The notes under the pieces: generated by a model
Databases searched by the model: none
Told to the model about the DNA's origin: nothing
The model's input: the letters and a program-made list of their open reading frames with translations, nothing else
DNA from: Balanoglossus misakiensis
Taxonomy: Eukaryota; Animalia; Hemichordata
Length of the DNA: 64,000 nt
Reading direction: 5' to 3'
NCBI GenBank assembly: GCA_040954595.2
Contig: CM082596.2
Coordinates: 11,400,454-11,464,453, forward strand
In this document: in pieces, positions 26,652 to 37,500 of the stretch
Layout: every line of letters begins with the position of its first letter
Position numbering within the stretch: the first letter of the stretch is position 1
Position numbers and translations under genes: made by a program

Positions 26652-27446
26652 GATGGGTCCCTAGGATCTTTTTGCCCGTTGCTATGGGCCTTTATAGGAC
26701 ATTACACCCCGATTTGGACTAAGCCGTTTTCAGAGTCTAACAAGGGGCTGGTAACTAGTTAAAAATACGCACGATTGTGAGCGCGCGCCCCCTGACGCCA
26801 TTGATATGCAAATTAGTTAGGTCAAATTTCAAAAGCCTAAGGCTTTTTATTCCGTGACCTCAAAAACGAACTTGATACGTATTCATTAGTTGCTTGAACC
26901 AGGGAAGATCGTGACGGATTTTGTTTTCGAATATTATCGTTGTATCCTACGATTTCAGCATACCCGTACCACACCTGAAAAAGTCATCGATTTTGGGTGT
27001 TTTTGGACGCACTCTTCCACTGGTATCGCTTCTTAGCACGACGAAAACCGAAAAAACGATCCGTCACACTATGCGGAAGTGCGTTCTCAACAAGCAGGTC
27101 AAATTTGGCTGGCCTACGTCGCCTGTGAAAAAAGCCTTAGGGATTTTCGTGAACGGTACAAAATCTCTGTGTACAAAACATTGGATTTTTAGCGTTCGAT
27201 CCAGTTACTGTGGTTACAGGACGCGCACGCTATCGCTGACCGCTGCTTTGCCGTATTAGCGTGGCGGCCTATGGCCGGGCGGTAGCTGCCGTAAACATAC
27301 TCAGACAGGGGGTGTGCACACAATCGTGTGTATTTTTAACTAGTTACAAGCCCCTTGTCGGACGTTCATAACGGTTTCGATCAAAATTGAGTGTAGTGTC
27401 CTATAAAGGCCCATAGCAACGAGCAAAAAGATCCTAGGGACCCATC
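26652..27446. mobile_element. 795-bp non-autonomous TIR element with TTAA TSD (Kolobok-like, GA...TC ends)
   Basis: TTAA at 26648-26651 and 27447-27450; single TTAA at the empty site 7082-7085. Imperfect TIRs of ~140 bp starting GATGGGTCCCTAGGATCTTTTTGC. No transposase ORF. Confidence 0.93.
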
Positions 27447-29585
27447 TTAAAGTATATGTAGTAAATATTAACTGTACACAATTTATATCACTTTCTCTTC
27501 TGTGCACAGATTTGAATCCGTGTCAGCCCAACCCTTGTCTAAACAGTGGATTCTGCCAGCAAGTGTCCTGCACCGAGTTCAGATGCCAGAGTCCGCGCTG
27601 TTTTGATCGGAACCACGTGCGCTGAACGTAAGCAAACCAGTGTCAGATTTCCCGCACAAAGTAGAAATCGCTGGGCTTTGTCATTGATATTGTCTCAATA
27701 AAGTTGCCTGTGATTGTGCAGCTAACCAAGAGACTTATATGCACTACCGTAGCCATGATGAATATTTTCATTGACTCAAATGCTCATCAGTGTGTTGCTA
27801 TTTTTCCAACCGTAAATTGAAACATCAGAAAGTTATGACATCAACTACCCCCACCCCACCCCCAACTAGTAAATATTATAAGATGCTGTAATTATGATAT
27901 AGATGGTAGCACCAAGCTTGGATCAAGTGGTCTTCATTATCCTTCACACATGAACATGATCACACGGATGTGCAATCTTCTGACAGTCTGCTACAGATTT
28001 CACTTCCCACTCAAGTGTGTAAGACCCTAATGTGATACTTTTCATTTCTCTCACCCTTAGCGATCAACCAGTGTCTTCTAAACCCATGTCTGAATAACGG
28101 AGTGTATCAGCCACTTCAAGGCTCCTGCTCAATCTACACCTGCAACTGTCCAACCTGCTACACTGGGCAAACATGTGTTACATGTAAGTCACAAGTTTTT
28201 AGGTCCCATTGGTATGTACCATGGTACCTTATGGGATTGGTTACGTCTGTATGTATGGATGGATGGATGGATGGATGTTTGTTCAAATGAAGATGTCATT
28301 GCCAAAAATATGCAAATTAGCTGGGAAAATGTGAAATTGGTCAAAACTCAAAAACTGGACAACCACTGTTCATATTGATTTGAAAATTGGTATGCATTAA
28401 CCTTATATCAACCTCATACAATCCTGTATGTTTTGAGCTAATATTATCGATTTCCTATTTTTTATGCATTTTTTTGTATTTTTCCATGTTATTGGTAAAA
28501 AGTCTTTGAAATTTAGTATGAAGCTTCCTAATGGTTGTCTAAGTAACCATAGTTTTATTCAAATTGTTGCAAAATTTGCATATCTATAATTTTGAGCAAT
28601 AGTTGCCATTTTTGGTCAAAAAATGTTTTTCTTTAAAACCTCATGCCAGATTGCTTTGCAATTTGGTAGGCATATTCGTAGGGGTAACCTAAATAATATG
28701 TTGTAAAAAAATGTGATATTTGCATAAATGTGTTATCGGGGAAACTTTTGCAATTTTTGTCAAAAATTGTTTTCTCTGAAACCGCTTGTCCTATTGCATT
28801 GAACTTTGGCAGCATGTTCCTTGTAGTGATTGAAGTAAGATATTGTACAATTTTGGTTTGTTGAACATGGAAGAAATTTGTCACAGTGATGTTCTGTTGA
28901 CCAACTGAGATTTTTACCACTCAACCCTGACTGCACAAATCTGTTTAAAGTATATGTAGTAATAGGTATCCCAAGCACTGCATGCACAGAGGTGTACAAT
29001 GTATCCATTGATGAAAAAATTTAAAAAATGACAATTTTTAAACAGTTGTAACTTGTCCGTAGTTTTGAAAATGTTCACAAAATTAGCACTATATGAAAGT
29101 AAATTATTTCAGCTTTCTGGTGATATAAGTGGTTTTTATGTGAAATTATAAAAAATTTGTGAAAAACGTGCATAAACGCGTGTAGTCACACGCGATCTCG
29201 GCAGTGACGGCCGCTCTGAACGCGCTTCTCAAATCATGAATTTCAACTACGTCGTGCATCGCCCTCTTGCGCTCCTTGTTGGAAAGGCAAAGGGCCTTTT
29301 AACTGTCATTAAAATAATCTCTGAATTCAGAGCTGTTGATTCGTGCATTTTTTTCTTGTTAACTGTACCGACTTCCTGGCGAAAATTTGATTCAAAAACT
29401 TTAAAGTGTCCGCAAATCTCGCAAACTTTACCATTTTCGATCGAAAAAAATATATTTCAAAAGCTCATTTAGTAATTTTTTCGAAAATGAACTTCGTTTT
29501 TCACTACCCGCGATCATCACGGAGCGCCACTATTGAATAGGGTGCTATGTATGCGCGAATCGTGTAAGATCCGTGTTAGCAGAAA

Positions 29586-32500
29586 ATGGCGGCAATGGGC
29601 GATTCGTTTGAACCCGTTCGCTGTTCTGTGTCATCTTCAAAAATGGACGAGATAATGACACTATATTCTGAAATAAGTGAGTATGTTATGAAATAAAACA
29701 TTTTAAAGCTATCCAATCTTATTTTGCTGTCATGAATTCAGATTTACAAAGACTCAGATAAAATGATCGTACGCGTGTGAGTGTTCCTGTGGTACTTTAC
29801 TGTGTTACACAGGATTGATAGCTCAAATGAACGGCCGATTTCAGCTGAGCGGTCTCGAGTTTCGGCAAGCGAAAATACACTACTGATTTGAATATCGACC
29901 CGAAAAAAAATATGAATGATGCTAAGACGTAGAATAAAACGATCGTAAACTATTTTTCGGGAACATTTCAACATATGCATTGTAAGAAAACATATTTATT
30001 TCATCGGATATATATTTCCAGTCTAGACTCTAAGAAGGCGTCCAGTGTTGATTGACCACAGTCACTCATTATCAGGGGGACCGTTGATTACTAAACTTTT
30101 GCTAACTTGCATCAGCGAACGAATTTTCCACAGCATTAACAAAAAAGGGTCAATATTTGATAACACAAAAAACGTGAAAACTTGGAACATTAAAATAAAT
30201 TTTCTCTGTATTTTTAAAATTTTGGATTAATTGTCTTTGGTATTTTAACTTCGACATTTTTTGTCTTTTTGTGTTTCGATCTCCTTTTCCTGTCCCTCTA
30301 ACTTCTTCAGCTTTCTCAAGTTTCTTTTATAGTTCACTGTGCCTTTCACTTGTCTAAGCTCATTTTGGATGTTTCTCACCATTTTCTCCTTAGCAACAGT
30401 TCTTTCTTTCAGAACTGACTGTTTTGTCTCTATGTTTTGAATTACTTTGGTCTTCCCTTCAATGCATTTTGACAGCTTGTGAACTTCTTTCTGCTTTTCG
30501 GTGACAAGTTCTGTCAGGGCAGAAATTTGAATCTTAAGTGTTTCAGTGGCACTGTCATCTGACAAAACACTCCTGTTATCGGATCTGGAACATTTCCTCT
30601 TTTGCTTCTGTGGTTTTGATGACGTGGAACTGGAAGGAGCAGCCTGACTGAAAATCTCCTCTTTAAAGCTGGCCCCTGCATCATCATTCCGAGACTTGTT
30701 TTTATTAAGTTTCCGGAACCTCTGTCGCACTCAATCAAAGTATCAATTTCTTTCTTAAGAAATTTTGAATCATGGATGGTTGACTCAAGATTTGGATTTA
30801 ATGAATGCAAACGCGTTTTCATGTGGTAAGTTCAAGACCTGGTGTGGTAGATGAATAAGTGTTACTGTTAAGTACTTATTCCTAGGAAGTGACATAGTAT
30901 TAAATATTTTTTTTATTCCATTTCAGTTAATGACACAATGCATAGTCTAAGGGCTACATTCCTAGCTAGGGGTAGAGGTAGGCGTCATAAACTTCCAGAG
31001 TTGCCTCTTACCAATAGGCTCCTTCTGCAAGTTTATCTCCTGATGACAGAATCTGCTTCTTCCTGGGAGAAAGCATGTACATGGCTCAGTATGCTGTTTC
31101 CGCACTACCCTCGTCACCGCTTTCAGTATCACATCAGGGATGCTGTAGATAGGGCACTGAGTCAGTCAGATGAGACAAGAAAGGAATTTTACGATCAGAT
31201 AGCAGTCGACGTCAATTACATAGGCAAGTTTTCAGCAAGAGTAGGCCTTCAGCGAAAGCATGTGCACGACTTTAGTGAGTTACCATCCTCAGCAAGGGAA
31301 TGCCACATGACAAATGGTTTAGTGCTGGAACTGTCCGAGTTTTTTCAGTCCGAGAAGCTCACCAGTGTGCATTTGATGCATTTTTTGCATTCATTAAATC
31401 CAATTCTTCAGTCTACTATCCATGATTCGAAATTTCTTAAGAAAGAAATTGATAGAGTGCGACAGAGGTTCCGGAAACTTAATAAAAACAAGTCCCGGAA
31501 TGATGATGCAGGGGCCAGCTTTAAAGAGGAGATTTTCCGTGTAGATTGCAGTCAGGCTGCTCCTTCCAGTTCCACGTCATCAAAACCACAGAAGCAAAAG
31601 AGGAAATGTTCAAGATCCGATAACAGGAGTGTTTTGTCAGATGACAGTGCCACTGAAACACTTAAGATTCAAATTTCTGCCCTGACAGAACTTGTCACCG
31701 AAAAGCAGAAAGAAGTTCACAAGCTGTCAAAATGCATTGAAGGGAAGACCAAAGTAATTCAAAACATAGAGACAAAACAGTCAGTTCTGAAAGCAAGAAT
31801 TGTTGCAAAGGAGAAAGTGGTGAGAAACATCCAAAAAGAGCTTAGACAAGTGAAAGGCACAGTGAACTATAAAAGAAACCTGAGAAAGCAGAAAAAGTTA
31901 GAGAGACGGGAAAAGGAGATCGAAACACAAAGAGACACCACTAACATTGATCAAGCGAAAATAACACAGTTAAAGCGTCAAACCCATGGATTGCAAACTT
32001 TAATTAGTAAATATAAGCATGTCAATCTGAGAAATAAAATAAAAATGAAATTACTGTCAAGTGAAGTAAGGGGTTTAAAAGCAGAGGTCCTTGACCTTCA
32101 GGGTGTATTGCATAATAGCCAAACTCATAATGCTTGCACTTTCCAGACTAGGGAAGGGTCTACAAATAAATTCACCGATGCTTTAGAAATGTGTTCTATG
32201 GAATTAGCAGGGGAGTGTGAGGTATCATCCAAAAATGTCAAAAAGGTTATCAAATGTGTGAGTAAGTGGTTGCATGATGAAAACTTGGATGACAAGGACC
32301 TCCCCAGTGCTTCTACAGTACAAAATTTTGTAGACAGGGCACATGTTTTGGCCAAATATCAAGTGGCAGAGGAAGGGACTTTGACAGAGCGGTGGGACTT
32401 ACACAGTGATGGTACCTCACGTGATCAAAAAAAGATAATTGGTAAACAAATAACACTGGAAAACAAAAAAACCATGTCTCTTGGTTTTTCACCAGTGGCG

Positions 32501-34219
32501 GTTGAGGACAGCTCAACATTGCTGGATAATGTCATCTCTATGATTGATGAATTAAGTGATTTATATTCAGAGTGCGATAATGTTGAGAGAGATACCATTT
32601 TTAAAACTCTCCTTGGGAAAATGTTTGCTATCATGGGAGACAGATCTAGTGTAAATAAAGCCTTTAATAATCTATTAACTGAATATAAAACTGAATATTT
32701 TGGGACAGAAATGGACACTCACTTTCTATTCTGCAATGCCCATTTCCTTCTTGGTCTTAGCACAGCCGTTGAGTCAAAATTGAGGGAAATTGAACGACAA
32801 CTAGTGTCAGAGCTAGGTCATGGATTAGGTCGTGATGCCTCATCGAAATTCCAGAGGTTCAAATCGGCCTCAGGTTCAGCTACTTGTCGGTTTGTCAGGA
32901 CTGGGTGTGATGTGCTTGGACCAAGAGGAGATGAAAAAAATGGTTGCAGAATGAAGTGGGTATCCTTTCTCAGTGAAAACTTGAAAAAGAAATCATACAT
33001 AACTAGTTTTAGAATGAACCGCTTCAATAATTTCTTTCTTGGAGCTGCCACTTTAGTTCATCATGCCACAGAGATATCAGATTTCCTAACAAATTATTTT
33101 GAGTCTATGAATATGAAACTGGAAAGTGTTCTACTTGACTGTAATTGTCAACAGCTAATTGCATTGACCCGAGCCCTAGGGATCCTGTATTATAAAGTGA
33201 CTGGTCCATTTTGGTTAATGCTGCAAAGTGATGTTGAATACGTTGATCAGTACATCCACATTCAAGCAATGCTTGAACAATTTAAGGAGTGGGCAATGGA
33301 TTCAACATCACTGATGGGAAAGGACCAAAATGGAGTGTTTGGTGACAAATACAATCCCCGTCGGGATGAAGTCTACGACAGTTTGTTCTCTGATGATTTC
33401 ACTTCTTCACCACTGACTAAAAGTACATTGGAAAACCTGATGACATCATTTATAACAGTCACTGAACGACAACTTGTAGACTTCCTCCCTGGGGGAAAGT
33501 ATAGTTCCAAACCCACCCAGGAACTGAGAAATGAAATGAAACATTGCAAATTGACAAATCTGGTAAGTGAATATGAGTTTGGTGATCTTGACTTTGGCAT
33601 GTTTAAACGTCGACATGCATCACTATTTTATCATTCAAGCATACAAATGTTGAAGACAAATCACACCATCTCAGAGTGGTTGTTTGCTAAAGGCTTTGAT
33701 GAGCAACAACATTTGTTGAAATTTGCTCGATCAAAAGCTTCAGCAATGCGGCAAAAATATAGAGTAATAGAGAAAGATGTTAAAATAAAAACACAAGAAA
33801 GATTAGAAGAGAGTCGCAAAAGAAAGCAAGAGAAAGAAGTTGCAAAAGCAGCCAGTCTGCAAACCATTACAACATGTGTATTTAGTCATGGGGGGCCATG
33901 CAAGAATGCAAGTGATGTTGCCAAGGTGTTGTCAAAGGCCAACTCTAAAACACAACAAACCAGTGTTCTGAAAAATGAAATCCGATATGTTACAAAAGTG
34001 TTAGGTAGAAAAGATGAACGGCTAATAATGGGCAGAAAGTCATTTGATTGTCTCAAAACAGATTTTATTTCTTATTTAAATTCCAATCCTTCAGCAGTTG
34101 CAGATGATCATTCATCTGATTTTGCACAACAGTCTGGTAGTCTGCCTGAAAGTGGGAAACGAAAGCATGATCAGATTTCCCCTGTTTCAGATTCTGAATC
34201 AGATTTAGAGCTTGTTTGA
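29586..34219 (+). CDS. Transposase, predicted two exons (29586-29676, 30927-34219)
   Basis: 1093-aa ORF with LHSDGTS (D), MGDRSSVN (D), FCNAH (CxxH) and TNLVSEYEFG (E), plus an N-terminal coiled-coil. The upstream 91-nt exon (MAAMGDSFEPVRC...) ends A|GTGAGT and splices in frame (phase 1) to TTTCAG|TT at 30927. AATAAA at 34626. Confidence 0.85.
30262..31937. repeat. Long inverted repeat: intronic arm 30262-30811 pairs with transposase exon 31384-31937
   Basis: Manual alignment gives ~18 substitutions, one 12-nt and one 8-nt indel. Minus-strand ORFs 30245-30730 and 30514-30822 reproduce the transposase peptide. Confidence 0.96.
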
Positions 34220-34561
34220 TCAGATGATGAGTTACCTGATAATGAGGCATCTGAGTGGAGTTTTCACTATGAATTTACTCGTCAGGGTGTGCCTGTAGCA
34301 GTTGCTTATGATCAAGGCTACTTTATTGGAGAAGTTGTTGAAGCTAAATCTGGAGAGTTAGCTACAGTTCAATACATGAGAGCAGGGTACAAAAATACAT
34401 TTAAGTGGCCCACTGTTGTTGATGTTGATGAATATGTAGAATCAAAATTTGTTTTTCATGCAGCATTTAACATTGTTCTGAAAGGTAGATGTTGTATAGT
34501 ACCTGACTTGGATGACATAGAAAATAGGTACAGTTTGTACAAGAAACTTTTTATGGCTTAA
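34220..34561 (+). CDS. In-frame continuation of the transposase beyond a single TGA (acidic linker plus small beta-rich, Tudor/SH3-like domain)
   Basis: Same frame as 30938: SDDELPDNEASEWSFHYEFTRQGVPVAVAYDQGYFIGEVVE...FKWP. The fold assignment is inference. Confidence 0.65.
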   Translation, partial: SDDELPDNEASEWSFHYEFTRQGVPVAVAYDQGYFIGEVVEAKSGELATVQYMRAGYKNTFKWPTVVDVDEYVESKFVFHAAFNIVLKGRCCIVPDLDDIENRYSLYKKLFMA

Positions 34562-37500
34562 TACTAACGCCATGCCAGCCTGTAAATAGCTTTGAACTGT
34601 TTATTGTAAACTTGACAATAAGAAAAATAAAAAACTAGTACATACCTTGACACAAGCTTCAGTTTTTGTTTGTCCAGTTTTTAAATGTAGCTTACCATAT
34701 AACCATATAAAAATAATGCTAAAACTGCAAAAACGAGTCATTTCGACTTCACTTACAATGTCACATTTTTGTGGATTTTGGCGCAGTTTAGCAGATTAAA
34801 TCAAATTTAGAGAATTTATTGAAGCAAATGTGAAACTTATATAGCAACAATTTCTCATTATTTGTAAAGAACAAATAAAAATGAATACATCCTGAAAGTT
34901 TCATGTGATTAGCTTGTATGGTTTTGATTTTATGCGCATTTGAAAATTGCGATTTTTGGTAAATTTTAGCACATTTTATCACTAAGTAAAATTGGCAAAA
35001 TTAACATTTTCAGGCCCATTTTTCTCCCAGTTACAGTTATTTTTTGTACACAGAAAAAAATAGGCATTTTAAGGGTAACATTTAGTAAGACTATAATCAG
35101 TTTTAGACTCCTAACTTTGAAACATTTTTTTTTAGAGAACTATGAAAATGCCCGAAAGGCCAATTTTTGGTATTTTCACATTGCACAAAATTGAGTTTTT
35201 GTCATTTTTTGGTAGTGATTTGCCCTAAAACTCCTCTTTAAACATGCTGTTCAATTTTAAAATGACATTTAATAGGTTGTTTTCTACAGGAAAATGCATG
35301 ATGAAGTATGTTTACAATTTTTGGTAAAATTCTATGAGGCTGTGAAAATGCTGCTTTTTAGTAATTTTGAAAAGGTCGTTGACCTTAAAGGTCAAATATT
35401 GCTCAATCTTGCTTAATCTTTGGTCAATTTTTTAAAATGAGGTATCATTTTTCATGAAATTCTATGTACTTTTCAATGAAACTAACAAAAATGTGATTTA
35501 GGAAAGTTAAAAAAATTCATTGGGATACCTAGTAGTAAATATTAACTGTACACAATTTATATCACTTTCTCTTCTGTGCACAGATTTGAATCCGTGTCAG
35601 CCCAACCCTTGTCTAAACAGTGGATTCTGCCAGCAAGTGTCCTGCACCGAGTTCAGATGCCAGAGTCCGCGCTGTTTTGATCGGAACCACGTGCGCTGAA
35701 CGTAAGCAAACCAGTGTCAGATTTCCCGCACAAAGTAGAAATCGCTGGGCTTTGACTTTGTCATTGATATTGTCTCAATAAAGTTGCCTGTGATTGTGCA
35801 GCTAACCAAGAGACTTATATGCACTACCGTAGCCATGATGAATATTTTCATTGACTCAAATGCTCATCAGTGTGTTGCTATTTTTCCAACCGTAAATTGA
35901 AACATCAGAAAGTTATGACATCAACTACCCCCACCCCCACCCCACCCCACCCCCAACTAGTAAATATTATAAGATGCTGTAATTATGATATAGATGGTAG
36001 CACCAAGCTTGGATCAAGTGGTCTTCATTATCCTTCACACATGAACATGATCACACGGATGTGCAATCTTCTGACAGTCTGCTACAGATTTCACTTCCCA
36101 CTCAAGTGTGTAAGACCCTAATGTGATACTTTTCATTTCTCTCACCCTTAGCGATCAACCAGTGTCTTCTAAACCCATGTCTGAATAACGGAGTGTATCA
36201 GCCACTTCAAGGCTCCTGCTCAATCTACACCTGCAACTGTCCAACCTGCTACACTGGGCAAACATGTGTTACATGTAAGTCACAAGTTTTTAGGTCCCAT
36301 TGGTATGTACCATGGTACCTTATGGGATTGGTTACGTCTGTATGTATTGATGGATGGATGGATGTTTGTTCAAATGAAGATGTCATTGCCAAAAATATGC
36401 AAATTAGCTGGGAAAATGTGAAATTGGTCAAAACTCAAAAACTGGACAACCACTGGTCATATTGATTTGAAAATTGGTATGCATTAACCTTATATCAACC
36501 TCATACAATCCTGTATGTTTTGAGCTAATATTATCGATTTCCTATTTTTTATGCATTTTTTTGTATTTTTCCATGTTATTGGTAAAAAGTCTTTGAAATT
36601 TAGTATGAAGCTTCCTAATGGTTGTCTAAGTAACCATAGTTTTATTCAAATTGTTGCAAAATTTGCATATCTATAATTTTGAGTAATAGTTGCCATTTTT
36701 GGTCAAAAAATGTTTTTCTTTAAAACCTCATGCCAGATTGCTTTGCAATTTGGTAGGCATATTCGTAGGGGTAACCTAAATAATATGTTGTAAAAAAATG
36801 TGATATTTGCATAAATGTGTTATCGGGGAAACTTTTGCAATTTTTGTCAAAAATTGTTTTCTCTGAAACCGCTTGTCCTATTGCATTGAACTTTGGCAGC
36901 ATGTTCCTTGTAGTGATTGAAGTAAGATATTGTACAATTTTGGTTTGTTGAACATGGAAGAAATTTGTCACAGTGATGTTCTGTTGACCAACTGAGATTT
37001 TTACCACTCAACCCTGACTGCACAAATCTGTTTAAAGTATATGTAGTAAATATTAACTGTACACAATTTATATCACTTTCTCTTCTGTGCACAGATTTGA
37101 ATCCGTGTCAGCCCAACCCTTGTCTAAACAGTGGATTCTGCCAGCAAGTGTCCTGCACCGAGTTCAGATGCCAGAGTCCGCGCTGTTTTGATCGGAACCA
37201 CGTGCGCTGAACGTAAGCAAACCAGTGTCAGATTTCCCGTACAAAGTAGAAATCGCTGGGCTTTGTCATTGATATTGTCTCAATAAAGTTGCCTGTGATT
37301 GTGCAGCTAACCAAGAGACTTATATGCACTACCGTAGCCATGATGAATATTTTCATTGACTCAAATGCTCATCAGTGTGTTGCTATTTTTCCAACCGTAA
37401 ATTGAAACATCAGAAAGTTATGACATCAACTACCCCCACCCCCACCCCACCCCACCCCCAACTAGTAAATATTATAAGATGCTGTAATTATGATATAGAT

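Larger units (their letters stand above)
28963..35531 (+). mobile_element. 6,569-bp full-length DDE DNA transposon, hAT-like; the 7-bp TSD suggests the hATw group
   Basis: 12-bp TIRs TAGGTATCCCAA. TSD GTAGTAA at 28956-28962 and 35532-35538; single copy at the empty sites 7093-7099 and 37043-37049. Encodes a transposase. Confidence 0.92.

Noticed and set aside
30245-30822. Minus-strand ORFs as a separate divergent gene
   Set aside because: They are the inverted copy of the transposase exon, frameshifted and without a real ATG start for the longer piece.
34217-34219. Selenocysteine codon
   Set aside because: It lies in an acidic low-complexity linker and I could not identify a SECIS element.
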